From positions 38,088-102,087 of the forward strand of contig CAIQCB010000021.1 of the NCBI GenBank assembly GCA_903870245.1: a DNA stretch of 64,000 bases, read 5' to 3'. The notes under the pieces were generated by a model that made no database searches, was not told the DNA's origin, and saw only the letters and a list, made by a program, of their open reading frames with translations. Of this stretch, positions 1 to 9,043 are shown in pieces. Position numbers and translations under genes: made by a program. Positions within the stretch are counted from its first letter, which is position 1. The number at the start of each line of letters is the position of its first letter. Source of the stretch: an uncultured Methylocystaceae bacterium (GTDB lineage Bacteria; Pseudomonadota; Alphaproteobacteria; Rhizobiales; Beijerinckiaceae).

Positions 1-237
1 GTCTCGGTTTCCGCCTTCAGACGACTGACGCGATCCTGGGCGTCGGCCGCCTCGTCGGCGATGGCGATCGCGGCCATCACAAGAATGCGCTGTTCGCCGA
101 TGTCGCCAAATCCGCCGCGCATGAATTCAATTTTCTCCTCGACCGACTTCGCCAGCGCTTCAAGGCGCGCCTCCTCGCCGTCGTCGCAGGACATGCGATA
201 GGTGCGTCCGGCGATGGTGACGATGGCCGTCGCCATG
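1..237 (-). CDS. zapA: Cell division protein ZapA (C-terminus runs off the left window edge)
   Basis: Minus-strand translation from the ATG at 237-235 reads MATAIVTIAGRTYRMSCDDGEEARLEALAKSVEEKIEFMRGGFGDIGEQRILVMAAIAIADE, typical of alphaproteobacterial ZapA. It stays in frame to base 1. Confidence 0.8.
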
Positions 238-240
238 CGT

Positions 241-534
241 CTAGTCTTTCCGCCGACCGAGAGCGGCGGCGACGCCCGCGCCGACGGTCTCAAGTCGACG
301 AAGCACCTCGTCGCGGGTTTTTTCAAGCGCGGCGGCTCGGGTCAGCGCGGCGTCGAGATCAAGCGCCAGACGGGCGCGATCATCCTGCATGATAGCGAGT
401 TCTTCCTCGATGTCGGCGTTGGCGATGTCGTTCTCGATGCGGGCGGCGACGGTGCGTTCGAGTTGATCGATGGCTGCGAGAAAGCGCGTCAAGGCTATCG
501 AGTAGGCGCTCCCCGGCCCGTCTTGCTCGCTCAT
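241..534 (-). CDS. Small coiled-coil protein, DUF4164-like, immediately upstream of zapA
   Basis: Part of ORF 241..756(-). The start was chosen at MSEQDGPGSAYS (ATG complement 534-532). The sequence is a heptad-like, Ala/Leu/Asp/Arg-rich coiled coil, and its position upstream of zapA is the usual alphaproteobacterial arrangement. An alternative in-frame ATG lies at 573. Confidence 0.6.
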   Translation of the reverse strand: MSEQDGPGSAYSIALTRFLAAIDQLERTVAARIENDIANADIEEELAIMQDDRARLALDLDAALTRAAALEKTRDEVLRRLETVGAGVAAALGRRKD

Positions 535-541
535 GCCAGAA

Positions 542-569
542 CCATTTCTGCTCCGCCATTTCTGCTCCG
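542..569. repeat. Perfect 14-bp tandem duplication (CCATTTCTGCTCCG x2)
   Basis: Read directly: 542-555 is identical to 556-569. On the minus strand the units read CGGAGCAGAAATGG, each carrying an ATG. They resemble the chosen start region of the downstream gene. Confidence 0.85.
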
Positions 570-670
570 CCATGCCGGAGAGAGGCGTCGATTCGACCCG
601 CCGGGCTTTGGTAACATGATTTCGGCGAATCCCAAGCCGCCGCAACGGCGAAAAGCGCCGCTTCGCCGCG

Positions 671-698
671 TTGACAGGGGGGCGCGAGGTGTTATCAC
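671..698 (+). promoter_or_regulatory. Candidate sigma70-type promoter for gap (TTGACA-N16-TATCAC)
   Basis: TTGACA at 671-676 and TATCAC at 693-698, about 100 nt upstream of the gap ATG. Pattern match only. Confidence 0.3.
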
Positions 699-794
699 AC
701 CCTCGCCTCCCGGCCGGACCTCCGGCGTCCGAACGCCGGGGGAAGAAGTCGCCCACCTTTTAGCCCGACGGGCGGCGCAAGGGAGTTTTGTCTC

Positions 795-1802
795 ATGACC
801 ACGAGAGTGGCGATCAACGGCTTCGGCCGCATTGGCCGTAACGTTTTGCGATATATTATTGAATCGGGCCGCAATGATCTTGACGTCGTCGCCATAAACG
901 ATCTCGGCTCGGTCGAGACCAACGCCCATCTGCTGCGCTACGATTCTGTTCACGGTCGTTTCCCGCAGGAAGTGAAGGTCGCTGGCGATACGATCGACGT
1001 TGGCCGTGGTCCCATCAAGGTGACCGCGATCAAGAATCCCGCCGAACTGCCTTACAAGGACATTGGCGTCGACATCGCGCTCGAATGCACGGGCCTTTTT
1101 ACCGCGCGCGACAAGGCGAAGCTGCTGCTGGACGCCGGCGCCAAGCGCGTGCTGGTTTCGGCTCCGGGCGATGGCGCCGACCTCACGGTCGTCTATGGCG
1201 TCAATCATCAGCTCATCGGCAAGGATCATCTGATCGTTTCGAACGCCTCCTGCACGACGAATTGTCTCGCGCCGGTGGCCAAGGTGCTGAACGACGCCAT
1301 CGGCATTGAGAAGGGGATCATGACGACGATCCACTCCTATACAGGCGATCAGCCGACCCTCGACACCTATCATAAGGATCTTTACCGCGCTCGCGCTGCA
1401 GCGCTATCGATGATTCCGACCTCGACGGGCGCCGCCAAGGCGGTCGGTCTGGTCCTGCCGGAACTCAACGGCAAACTCGACGGTTACGCCATTCGCGTGC
1501 CGACCCCGAACGTCTCCGCCGTCGATCTGAAATTCGTCGCCAGGCGATCAACCGGTGCGGACGAGATTCATGCGGCGATCAAGGCTGCGGCCGACGGTCC
1601 GCTCAAGGGCGTATTGGGGTATACGGCCGAGAAGCTGGTCTCGATCGACTTCAACCACAATCCCTTGTCGTCCTGCTTCCACCTCGATCAAACAAAGGTG
1701 ATTGATGGGACCCTGGTGTCGGTCCTGAGCTGGTACGACAACGAATGGGGTTTCTCCGCCCGGATGACCGACACCGCCGCGCAGATCGGCAAACTCCTGT
1801 AG
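795..1802 (+). CDS. gap: Glyceraldehyde-3-phosphate dehydrogenase, type I
   Basis: 335 aa. N-terminal [13 protein letters not shown] Rossmann motif, catalytic [12 protein letters not shown], and C-terminal WYDNEWGFS. Confidence 0.97.
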   Translation: MTTRVAINGFGRIGRNVLRYIIESGRNDLDVVAINDLGSVETNAHLLRYDSVHGRFPQEVKVAGDTIDVGRGPIKVTAIKNPAELPYKDIGVDIALECTGLFTARDKAKLLLDAGAKRVLVSAPGDGADLTVVYGVNHQLIGKDHLIVSNASCTTNCLAPVAKVLNDAIGIEKGIMTTIHSYTGDQPTLDTYHKDLYRARAAALSMIPTSTGAAKAVGLVLPELNGKLDGYAIRVPTPNVSAVDLKFVARRSTGADEIHAAIKAAADGPLKGVLGYTAEKLVSIDFNHNPLSSCFHLDQTKVIDGTLVSVLSWYDNEWGFSARMTDTAAQIGKLL

Positions 1803-1859
1803 CGCCGGGCGCCGGGCGGCGGAACAGGCCGCCCTGCTCGCGTGTTGTGGGGGTGCTGC

Positions 1860-1897
1860 AAAACACAATCCCTGACTCAAAACACAATCCCTAACTG
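1860..1897 (+). repeat. 19-bp direct repeat x2 (AAAACACAATCCCTGACTC / AAAACACAATCCCTAACTG)
   Basis: Read directly, 17/19 identical and exactly adjacent. It ends 9 nt before the GGAGGGTGG ribosome-binding site of ORF 1907..2197. Confidence 0.85.
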
Positions 1898-1906
1898 GAG
1901 GGTGGA

Positions 1907-2197
1907 ATGAAAAAAATCCTTTTCTCGTCGCTTTTCGCCATTGCGCTGTCGCCGGCCGTCGCGCAAACACCCGCTCCGACGCTCCCCGATCCTGCATCGG
2001 CGGTCGAGTCGGTGGTGCGCGACGTGACCGGGACTGGAGCCGACGCCGTCGATGCGGCGAAGCCGGCGACGCCCGCCGCAACCGAAACGCACAAGAAGAC
2101 TGGCTGGCGCCAATGGTGGCGAAACCGCCAGATCGAGCGTGGTCCGCGCGCCCTGCGTCCGGGACATCACCGGCGTCTGCTGCGCACCACCAGGTAG
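1907..2197 (+). CDS. Small hypothetical exported protein (96 aa)
   Basis: Strong RBS (GGAGGGTGGA-ATG). Sec-type signal peptide [20 protein letters not shown], then a Pro/Ala-rich segment and a very basic Trp/Arg C-terminal tail. No family recognised. Confidence 0.45.
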   Translation: MKKILFSSLFAIALSPAVAQTPAPTLPDPASAVESVVRDVTGTGADAVDAAKPATPAATETHKKTGWRQWWRNRQIERGPRALRPGHHRRLLRTTR

Positions 2198-2348
2198 GTC
2201 GGCGTTCGCGCGCCCTGCAATCACGGCCGGACGCAACGATGCGTCCGGCCTTTTCGTGATCGCCCCCCTGATCACGCCGATTTGCCAGGATCGTAAAGTT
2301 CCTCCTCGCGACGATATCCTTCCAAACAGCATTGCACCGGGACGCACC

Positions 2349-3542
2349 ATGACTGCTTTCAAGACCCTTGACGCTCTCGATCCCAAAGGCAAACGCGTCT
2401 TGTTGCGCGTCGATCTTAACGTGCCGATGGAGAACGGACGCGTCACCGACGCCACCCGTATCGACCGCGTGCTGCCGACCATCGAAGAGTTGTCGCGCAA
2501 GGGCGGTCGGGTCGTTCTGCTTGCGCATTTCGGTCGTCCGAAGGGACAACGGGTCGCCGGAGAGTCATTGGCAGGGGTTGTCGGCGCGCTCGAACAACAT
2601 CTCAAGCGCAAGATCGTCTTCGCCGACGATTGCATCGGTCCCGCCGCCGGCGCAGTTGTCTCGGCGATGCAGGACGGCGACGTCGTAATGCTGGAGAATA
2701 CGCGGTTCCATGCGGGCGAGGAGAAAAACGATTCCGCCTTCGCCGCAGAGCTTGCCAAAAATGGCGATGTCTTCATCAACGACGCCTTTTCCGCCGCCCA
2801 TCGCGCCCATGCGTCGACGGAGGGGCTGGCGCATGTCTTGCCCGCCTATGCGGGCCGCGCCATGCAGGCGGAACTCGAAGCCCTGTCCGCAGCGCTGACG
2901 GATCCGGCGCGGCCGGTGATGGCGGTGGTCGGCGGCGCCAAGGTCTCGACCAAGCTGGAGCTGCTCGGCAACCTTGTCGACAAAGCGCAATATCTGGTCA
3001 TCGGCGGCGGCATGGCCAACACCTTTCTGTTCGCGCAGGGTAAGGCGGTGGGCAAATCCCTTTGCGAACGCGATCTCGTCGACACGGCTTGCGCGATCAT
3101 GCGAAAGGCCGCGGACTCCGGCTGCGACATTGTTTTACCCCTCGACGCGGTTGTGGCGCAGAAGTTCGAAGCGCATGCGCCGTCGCATATCGTTACGGTC
3201 GATCATGTCGGCGGCGAGGACATGATCCTGGACGTCGGACCGAAAACCGTCGCCCATGTCGAGGCGCTGCTGGCGCGCTGCAAGACGCTTGTGTGGAACG
3301 GCCCCTTCGGCGCCTTCGAATTGCCGCCCTTCGACGCCGGCACCAACGCCATCGCCCGGGCGGCGGCGCGGCTTACGGCTGATGGGGAGTTGCTCAGCGT
3401 CGCCGGCGGCGGCGATACGGTCGCGGCGCTCAATCAGGCGCATGCGGCTCAGGCTTTTTCCTATGTCTCGACCGCCGGCGGCGCCTTCCTCGAATGGCTC
3501 GAGGGCAAGACTTTGCCGGGCGTTGCGGCGCTGCAGAAATAA
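2349..3542 (+). CDS. pgk: Phosphoglycerate kinase
   Basis: In ORF 2052..3542. The start is set at [27 protein letters not shown] (ATG 2349), the canonical PGK N-terminus. The upstream part of the ORF looks like non-coding read-through. Confidence 0.95.
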   Translation: MTAFKTLDALDPKGKRVLLRVDLNVPMENGRVTDATRIDRVLPTIEELSRKGGRVVLLAHFGRPKGQRVAGESLAGVVGALEQHLKRKIVFADDCIGPAAGAVVSAMQDGDVVMLENTRFHAGEEKNDSAFAAELAKNGDVFINDAFSAAHRAHASTEGLAHVLPAYAGRAMQAELEALSAALTDPARPVMAVVGGAKVSTKLELLGNLVDKAQYLVIGGGMANTFLFAQGKAVGKSLCERDLVDTACAIMRKAADSGCDIVLPLDAVVAQKFEAHAPSHIVTVDHVGGEDMILDVGPKTVAHVEALLARCKTLVWNGPFGAFELPPFDAGTNAIARAAARLTADGELLSVAGGGDTVAALNQAHAAQAFSYVSTAGGAFLEWLEGKTLPGVAALQK

Positions 3543-3620
3543 CCTGTCGCCGTTGACGACGGCCGCAGGGCTGCGCTACCAACGCCGGCTGAGGGAGCCA
3601 GACCTAAAGGCGTCGCAAGA

Positions 3621-3953
3621 ATGCCACGTGAAAGCATCGCCAAATTCGCGATCGGGCAGGTGGTCAAACACCGCCGCTATCCTTTTCGCGGCGTGATTTA
3701 CGACGTCGATCCGGAGTTCGCCAACACCGAGGAATGGTGGTTGTCGATCCCGGAGGAGCTGCGCCCACGCAAGGACCAGCCCTTTTATCATCTGTTCGCT
3801 GAAAACGCCGACACCGAATATGTCGCCTATGTGTCGGAGCAAAATCTGATGCCCGACACCTCGGGCGAGCCCGTGCGTCATCCGCAGGTCGAGGAGACGT
3901 TCGATCGCGATGAGGACGGCGTCTACCGGATACGCGTCGCAATCCGGCATTAG
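3621..3953 (+). CDS. hspQ: Heat-shock protein HspQ / hemimethylated-DNA-binding (YccV-like) domain protein
   Basis: 110 aa. FAIGQVVKHRRYPFRGVIYDVDPEF ... PFYHLFAEN ... YVSEQNL is the characteristic YccV/HspQ core. Confidence 0.8.
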   Translation: MPRESIAKFAIGQVVKHRRYPFRGVIYDVDPEFANTEEWWLSIPEELRPRKDQPFYHLFAENADTEYVAYVSEQNLMPDTSGEPVRHPQVEETFDRDEDGVYRIRVAIRH

Positions 3954-4020
3954 TCTCCCGCTTGCGAGCTGATCTCCTGCGAGACGATCCTCTGGTCGCC
4001 CGGGAGACTTTTTCGTCTCA

Positions 4021-4149
4021 GGCCCAGGAAATACCTGTCAGGCCCAAGAAAACCTGTCAGGCCCAAGAAAACCTGTCAGGCCCATGAAAACCTGTCAGGC
4101 CCATGAAAACCTGTCAGGCCCATGAAAACCTGTCAGGCCCATGAAAAAA
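4021..4149. repeat. Tandem array of a 19-bp unit, 6 full copies plus 1 partial (GGCCCA[A/T]GAAAACCTGTCA)
   Basis: Read directly. Copies lie at 4021-4040 (20 bp variant), 4041-4059, 4060-4078, 4079-4097, 4098-4116 and 4117-4135, with a partial copy at 4136-4149. Copies 2-3 and copies 4-6 are identical within each set, and the two sets differ at one base (A vs T). Each unit holds the short palindrome CCTG-T-CAGG. The array is intergenic between the convergent hspQ and IalB-like genes. Confidence 0.95.
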
Positions 4150-4171
4150 CCCGCGCGAAAAATCGCGCGGG
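4144..4171 (-). terminator. Rho-independent terminator of the IalB-like gene
   Basis: Stem CCCGCGCG (4150-4157) pairs with CGCGCGGG (4164-4171) around a 6-nt loop. On the minus strand it is followed by a T6 run (complement of A 4144-4149). It lies 45 nt downstream of the stop at 4216. Confidence 0.75.
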
Positions 4172-4215
4172 CTCCTGTTGTTTGATCAGGCGCTGAAGAT
4201 CGGCGCCGTGGAGGC

Positions 4216-4926
4216 TTACTTGCCCGCCGCCGCCGGCGCTGCGCCGCCCTTGCCCTCAAGGCGCTTGCGCTCTTCCTCGGCGCGCTTCTGCAGATCGGCG
4301 GCGAGTTTCTTCTGCTGTTCTTCAAGAACCTTCGGGTCGATCGGGGGGCCGTCGAAGGCTTTGCCGAAGTTGTTCAGCGGCAGATAGAAGGTCACTTCGG
4401 CGTTGCCCTGGTTCTTTACGACGACGGTCGCCTTCTCGGCCTTCTTCATGCTGTCCACGGTCGCCTTTTTAACGATGACCTGTGCGAAACAGCCATTCGG
4501 GAAGCAGATTTCGAAGGCGCCGGACTCGGCCGGGTTCTTGTCGACCGCGAAGCGGAAGCCCGGACGCAGCATCAGACCCGGCGGCAGCAGCAGGCGGATG
4601 ATCTTGTTATCGTCGCCCTTGGGGTCGTAGACGGCGAGCGCCATCAGCGGTTGCGGCGGATCCTCGGGCTTCGCGCCCGGCACACCGAAGTCGCGCGTGG
4701 TGTAGCAAAGTTCTTTTTTGGTCGCCGGATCGGACCCGCAGATCTTGGTCCAGTCGGGCTGAACGGGAGCCAGCGTGGCGGCGACCGGACCGCCAGGAGC
4801 GGCCCCTTGCGGCGCGCCGACCGGGGGGGCGCCCGGCGCGGGAGCCTGAGCCTGCGCCGTGACGCCGGCGAACAGGAATGCGCCCGCAACGGCGATCGCG
4901 ACGGACCGCGAAAAGTGGATGGACAT
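4216..4926 (-). CDS. Invasion-associated locus B (IalB) family exported protein
   Basis: 236 aa. Signal peptide ...AGVTAQAQA, then W.K.C, CYTTRDF, LLLPPGLMLRPGF and ICFPNGCFA motifs typical of IalB-family proteins, and a Lys/Glu-rich C-terminal tail. Confidence 0.8.
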   Translation of the reverse strand: MSIHFSRSVAIAVAGAFLFAGVTAQAQAPAPGAPPVGAPQGAAPGGPVAATLAPVQPDWTKICGSDPATKKELCYTTRDFGVPGAKPEDPPQPLMALAVYDPKGDDNKIIRLLLPPGLMLRPGFRFAVDKNPAESGAFEICFPNGCFAQVIVKKATVDSMKKAEKATVVVKNQGNAEVTFYLPLNNFGKAFDGPPIDPKVLEEQQKKLAADLQKRAEEERKRLEGKGGAAPAAAGK

Positions 4927-5231
4927 CTGAAATCCTTTCGATTTTCAGTTTTGCGGCGCTTTTGGCGCCGCGGGGAGGTTACATGCTTGGCCGGGCCAGG
5001 GACGGTCGCCCGTCGCGGGCAGATAGAAGACGCCGGTGTGGACCATCGATCCAGATCGCGGCTGCGCTTGCCCGCTTTCGACGCAGGCGCGCGCAATGCT
5101 CATACAGCTTTGTCGAGCCGAATTCCAGCCATTCAAGCGCGGGCCGCGCCCCGATGGCCATGCTCTCTGCAAAATCCATAATTTAGCTTGATTGCTAGCC
5201 TCGCCGGCAGTTAGTCCGATAGTGTGAGGGC

Positions 5232-7109
5232 ATGAAGATTTTTGCGAATCGCCCACCGTTGCGCCGGGCGTTGGTAGCCCTGATCGCGCTTCTCGGGTTT
5301 ATGTCCGGCGCGGGCCCCTGCGCGCCGCAGGTCCTGGCGGCCCCGCCGATGCATGGCCCGGCGATGCACGGCCCGGCGATGCATGGCTTGGCGATGCATG
5401 GCGACCCGGCCTTGCCGCCAGATTTCGATCATTTTCCCTACGCCAATCCGCAGGCCAGAAAAGGCGGTCGCCTGCGCGTCGGTCTGCCAGGGACCTACGA
5501 CAGCCTCAATCCCTTCAATCTCAAGTCGGGGTCGGCGGCGCAGGGGCTGGTCGGCAATATCTTTCAGGGTCTGATGGCGCGCTCCCAGGACGAGCCCTTC
5601 ACGCTCTATCCCTTGATTGCAAATTCGATAGAGATCGATCCGGCGCGAACCAGACTGACTTTTCACCTCGATCCGCGCGCTCATTTCTCCGACGGTCGGC
5701 CGATCACGGCCGAAGATGTGCTGTTCTCTTTCGATTTGTTGAAGACCAGGGGGCGCCCGCAACAACGCGGGGCCTACAAGCTGGTGAAATCAATCGCAGC
5801 GCCCGACCCGCGCACGGTTCGCCTTGACATCGGCGGCTCCGGCGATCGGGAGCTGCCGCTGATCCTTGCGATTATGCCAGTGCTGCCAAAGCATGCGGTC
5901 GACATCGAGCATTTCGACGACGCCAGTTTGAAATGGCCGGTCGGCTCCGGTCCCTATGTCGTCGCCGACGCCAGAGCCGGATCGCGGCTGCTGCTGCGGC
6001 GCGATCCCAATTACTGGGGCGTCGATGTTCCCAGCCAGCGCGGTCTCTATAATTTCGACGAGATCGACATCCAGTATTTCCGCGACGGCAACTCTCTGTT
6101 CGAGGCCTTCAAGGCCGGGCTGCTTGATTATCGCGATGAGACCAGCACGACGCGCTGGTCGACCGGCTATGATTTTCCCGCCGCACAGGACGGTCGCGTT
6201 CTTCGCGAAGCATTGAAGAACGAGTCGCCCAAAGGTCTCGAGGGATTTGTATTCAACACGCGCCGGTCGATGTTTCGCGACAAGCGACTGCGCGAGGCGC
6301 TCGGCATGATGTTCGATTTTGAATGGGTGAACGCCAATCTTTACTCCGGCCTCTACACGCGCACCCAAAGTTTTTTTGACGAGTCCGAACTTTCCTCGCA
6401 TGGCCGTCCTGCGAACGCCCGCGAACGCGCTTTGCTGGCGCCCTTTCCCGATGCGGTGCGCGCGGATATTCTCGACGGCAGCTGGAGCCCGCCTCAAAAT
6501 GACGGCAGCGGTCGCGATCGCGCGGTGGCGCGCCGAGCGCTGGATCTGCTTGCCGCCGCCGGTTATCGCCTCGAAGGCGACCGACTGATCAAGGACAGCG
6601 TCCCCGTCGCCTTCGAGATTATGGTCAAGGATCGTGCGCAGGAGCGCCTGGCGCTCAATTACGCAGCGTCTCTCCGGCGCATCGGCGTCGAGGCGGGCGT
6701 GCGGCTGGTCGACGAGGTCCAATATCAGCGTCGGCGCCAGAAATTCGATTTCGACATGATGATCGGCCTGTGGCTGGCCTCGGCCTCGCCGGGCAACGAA
6801 CAACGCAATCGCTGGGGTTCTGCGAGCGCCGATCAGGAAGCCTCCTTCAATCTCGCCGGCGCGGCGTCTCCGGCCATCGACGCGATGATCACGGCGCTGC
6901 TCGCCGCTGAAAGCCATGACGATTTCGTCGCCGCCGTGCGCGCCTTCGATCGCGTGCTACTGTCGGGCTTTTATGTCGTGCCGCTGTTCCACGCCTCCGA
7001 GCAATGGCTCGCGCATTCGAGGGACATTGCTCATCCGCAACGGCCGCCGCGCTTTTCTGCGCCAATGTTCAATCCGACGCTTGAGGCGTGGTGGTCGGTT
7101 TCGCCCTGA
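5232..7109 (+). CDS. ABC transporter substrate-binding protein, family 5 (YejA-like peptide/opine type)
   Basis: 625 aa with a signal peptide. HGLAMHGDPALPPDFDHFPYANPQARKGGRL is the typical mature N-terminus of YejA-like binding proteins, and length and composition fit SBP family 5. No cognate permease or ATPase genes are adjacent. Confidence 0.88.
   Translation: MKIFANRPPLRRALVALIALLGFMSGAGPCAPQVLAAPPMHGPAMHGPAMHGLAMHGDPALPPDFDHFPYANPQARKGGRLRVGLPGTYDSLNPFNLKSGSAAQGLVGNIFQGLMARSQDEPFTLYPLIANSIEIDPARTRLTFHLDPRAHFSDGRPITAEDVLFSFDLLKTRGRPQQRGAYKLVKSIAAPDPRTVRLDIGGSGDRELPLILAIMPVLPKHAVDIEHFDDASLKWPVGSGPYVVADARAGSRLLLRRDPNYWGVDVPSQRGLYNFDEIDIQYFRDGNSLFEAFKAGLLDYRDETSTTRWSTGYDFPAAQDGRVLREALKNESPKGLEGFVFNTRRSMFRDKRLREALGMMFDFEWVNANLYSGLYTRTQSFFDESELSSHGRPANARERALLAPFPDAVRADILDGSWSPPQNDGSGRDRAVARRALDLLAAAGYRLEGDRLIKDSVPVAFEIMVKDRAQERLALNYAASLRRIGVEAGVRLVDEVQYQRRRQKFDFDMMIGLWLASASPGNEQRNRWGSASADQEASFNLAGAASPAIDAMITALLAAESHDDFVAAVRAFDRVLLSGFYVVPLFHASEQWLAHSRDIAHPQRPPRFSAPMFNPTLEAWWSVSP
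5347..5402 (+). repeat. In-frame 15-bp tandem repeat (about 3.7 copies) encoding (P/L)AMHG units
   Basis: Read directly: CGATGCATGGCCCGG / CGATGCACGGCCCGG / CGATGCATGGCTTGG / CGATGCATGGC. It translates as PMHGPAMHGPAMHGLAMHG at the start of the mature binding protein. Confidence 0.9.
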
Positions 7110-8953
7110 TGCCCGTTCGTCGTCTCGATGCCGTTCTGGTCGATCGCATCGCCGCCGGCGAGGTCATCGAGCGTCCCGCCGCGGCCGTGAAAGAACTGGT
7201 CGAGAACGCCCTCGACGCTGGGGCGAGGCGCATCGACGTCGCGATCGAAGCGGGCGGGCGCAGGTTGATCCGCGTCGTCGACGACGGCTGCGGCATGGAC
7301 GAGAACGATCTCGCGCTCGCCGTGGAGCGTCACGCCACTTCGAAAATTCCTGACGGCGATCTGACGAACATCGCGACCCTTGGCTTTCGCGGCGAGGCGC
7401 TGCCCTCGATCGCCGCCGTCGCCGATCTCACCATCGACACGCGCGCTGCGCATGCGCCGCACGGTTTATCGATCCGGGTCGAGGCTGGCGAGAGGCGGGG
7501 GCTTGGGGCCAGCAACTGGCCGCGCGGAACTCGCATCGAGGCGCGTGATCTTTTTGCGGCGACGCCAGCGCGGCTGAAATTTCTCAAATCCGATCGTACG
7601 GAAACGGCAGCGGTGGTCGATGTCGTAAAAAGATTGGCGATGGCGCATCCGCAGACGCGATTTTCGCTTGCCGCCGATGATGGCGCGTTGATTGATTATC
7701 CGGCGTGCGGCGCCGATGCGGCGGCGCGCGCGCGACGCATTGCGCAGGTTCTCGGCGAGGAGTTTCGGATCAACGCCTTCGAGATTGCGGCGGAACGCGG
7801 CGACGCGCGCCTGAGCGGACTCGCTGGCCTGCCTACCTATCATCGCGGCAACGCCCAGTGGCAATATGTCTACGTCAATGGCCGGCCAGTGAAGGACAGG
7901 CTGTTCAGCGGCGCCATTCGCGCCGCCTACATGGATTTCCTCGCGCATGATCGTCATCCGGCGCTGGCGCTATTCATCGATTGCGCGCCGGGTAGCGTCG
8001 ATGTCAATGTTCATCCGGCCAAGGCGGAGGTCCGCTTCGCCGATCCTGGTCTGGTCCGCGGGCTGGTGGTCGGTGCGCTGAAACAGGCGCTTGCCGGGAC
8101 AAGCCATCGCAGTTCGAGCGCCAGCGCGCAGACGGCAATCGATATGCTGTCGCGATCCGCGCGCGCCTCCTCCTCTTCAAGCTATCGTGGTTCGCCGCCG
8201 GCGCATTGGGAACTGGGTCGATCGCCCGCCGCGCCCGCGGGATTTTCGGAGCGTGCGCAAGCGGCCTTCGATGTCGGAGCGCCGGCCGTCGATGCGCGCC
8301 CGCACGATACGGCTTTGTCGGTTGACGAGGGATGGCTGGACGCCGCCCCGACGCAGAGCGCCCCGCCAGAGTCCGCGCCGCTTGGCGCTGCGCGCGCGCA
8401 ACTGCACGAGACCTACATCATCGCCCAAACCCGCGATGGGCTTGTCATCGTCGATCAACACGCGGCGCATGAAAGACTCGTTTATGAAAAGCTCAAACGT
8501 CAGCGCGCCGAGCGTGGCGTCGCCCGGCAGTTGCTCTTGATCCCTATTGTCGTCGATCTCGACGACACGCGCATGAATGCGTTGACGCCGGCCATCGACG
8601 AACTGGCCAACCTGGGCCTTGTGCTGGAGTCCTTTGGTCCCGGCGCCGTGCTGGTGCGCGAAACGCCGTCGATTCTGGGTGAGATTGACCACAGGCGTCT
8701 CGTTGCCGATATCGCCGATCTCCTGGCCGAGGATGGCGACGCGCGCGGTCTTACGCGTCGTCTCGATCATGTGCTGGCGACTTGCGCCTGCCATCATTCG
8801 GTGCGCGCTGGCCGTCGCCTGAACGCCGCCGAAATGAACGCGCTGCTGCGCGAGATGGAAATAACGCCGGGCGCCGGTCAGTGCAATCATGGTCGGCCAA
8901 CCTATGTCGAGCTGAAACTTGCCGATATCGAGAAGCTATTCGGGCGTAAATAG
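7109..8953 (+). CDS. mutL: DNA mismatch repair endonuclease MutL
   Basis: The start MPVRRLDAVLVDRIAAGEVIERPAAAVKELVENALDAG (GHKL ATPase motif I) overlaps the upstream stop by 1 nt (TGATG). The C-terminus carries the endonuclease motifs (ACHHSVRAG, QCNHGRPT). Confidence 0.95.
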   Translation: MPVRRLDAVLVDRIAAGEVIERPAAAVKELVENALDAGARRIDVAIEAGGRRLIRVVDDGCGMDENDLALAVERHATSKIPDGDLTNIATLGFRGEALPSIAAVADLTIDTRAAHAPHGLSIRVEAGERRGLGASNWPRGTRIEARDLFAATPARLKFLKSDRTETAAVVDVVKRLAMAHPQTRFSLAADDGALIDYPACGADAAARARRIAQVLGEEFRINAFEIAAERGDARLSGLAGLPTYHRGNAQWQYVYVNGRPVKDRLFSGAIRAAYMDFLAHDRHPALALFIDCAPGSVDVNVHPAKAEVRFADPGLVRGLVVGALKQALAGTSHRSSSASAQTAIDMLSRSARASSSSSYRGSPPAHWELGRSPAAPAGFSERAQAAFDVGAPAVDARPHDTALSVDEGWLDAAPTQSAPPESAPLGAARAQLHETYIIAQTRDGLVIVDQHAAHERLVYEKLKRQRAERGVARQLLLIPIVVDLDDTRMNALTPAIDELANLGLVLESFGPGAVLVRETPSILGEIDHRRLVADIADLLAEDGDARGLTRRLDHVLATCACHHSVRAGRRLNAAEMNALLREMEITPGAGQCNHGRPTYVELKLADIEKLFGRK

Positions 8954-9043
8954 GTTTTACCTGCAAGCGCTGGGCCTGTCGTCGTCGGCGGGAATTGAAG
9001 GTCGGCGCGTCTCCGCTATGTCAATAGGAGAGGAAGGAAAGCC

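Noticed and set aside
1814-1834. The hairpin GGGCGGC-GGAACAG-GCCGCCC after gap as a rho-independent terminator.
   Set aside because: The stem is present, but no U-tract follows it (TGCTCGCGTGTTGTGG). That is insufficient to call.
2052-2348. N-terminal extensions offered by the ORF track for pgk. The same applies to the ORFs for mutL, ppa, groES, pntAA, exbB, the alpha-glucosidase, the GNAT protein, irr and others.
   Set aside because: The conserved family N-termini begin at internal ATG or GTG codons with plausible ribosome-binding sites. The upstream stretches are Arg/Pro-rich read-through of intergenic DNA or overlap neighbouring genes.
3963-4020. GAGAC/GTCTC short inverted repeats after hspQ as its terminator.
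   Set aside because: The stems are only 5 bp with poor extension, and several alternative pairings are possible. No confident structure emerges.
4021-4149. A CRISPR interpretation of the 19-bp tandem array.
   Set aside because: The units are directly adjacent with no unique spacers, the unit is shorter than CRISPR repeats, and no cas genes are in the window.
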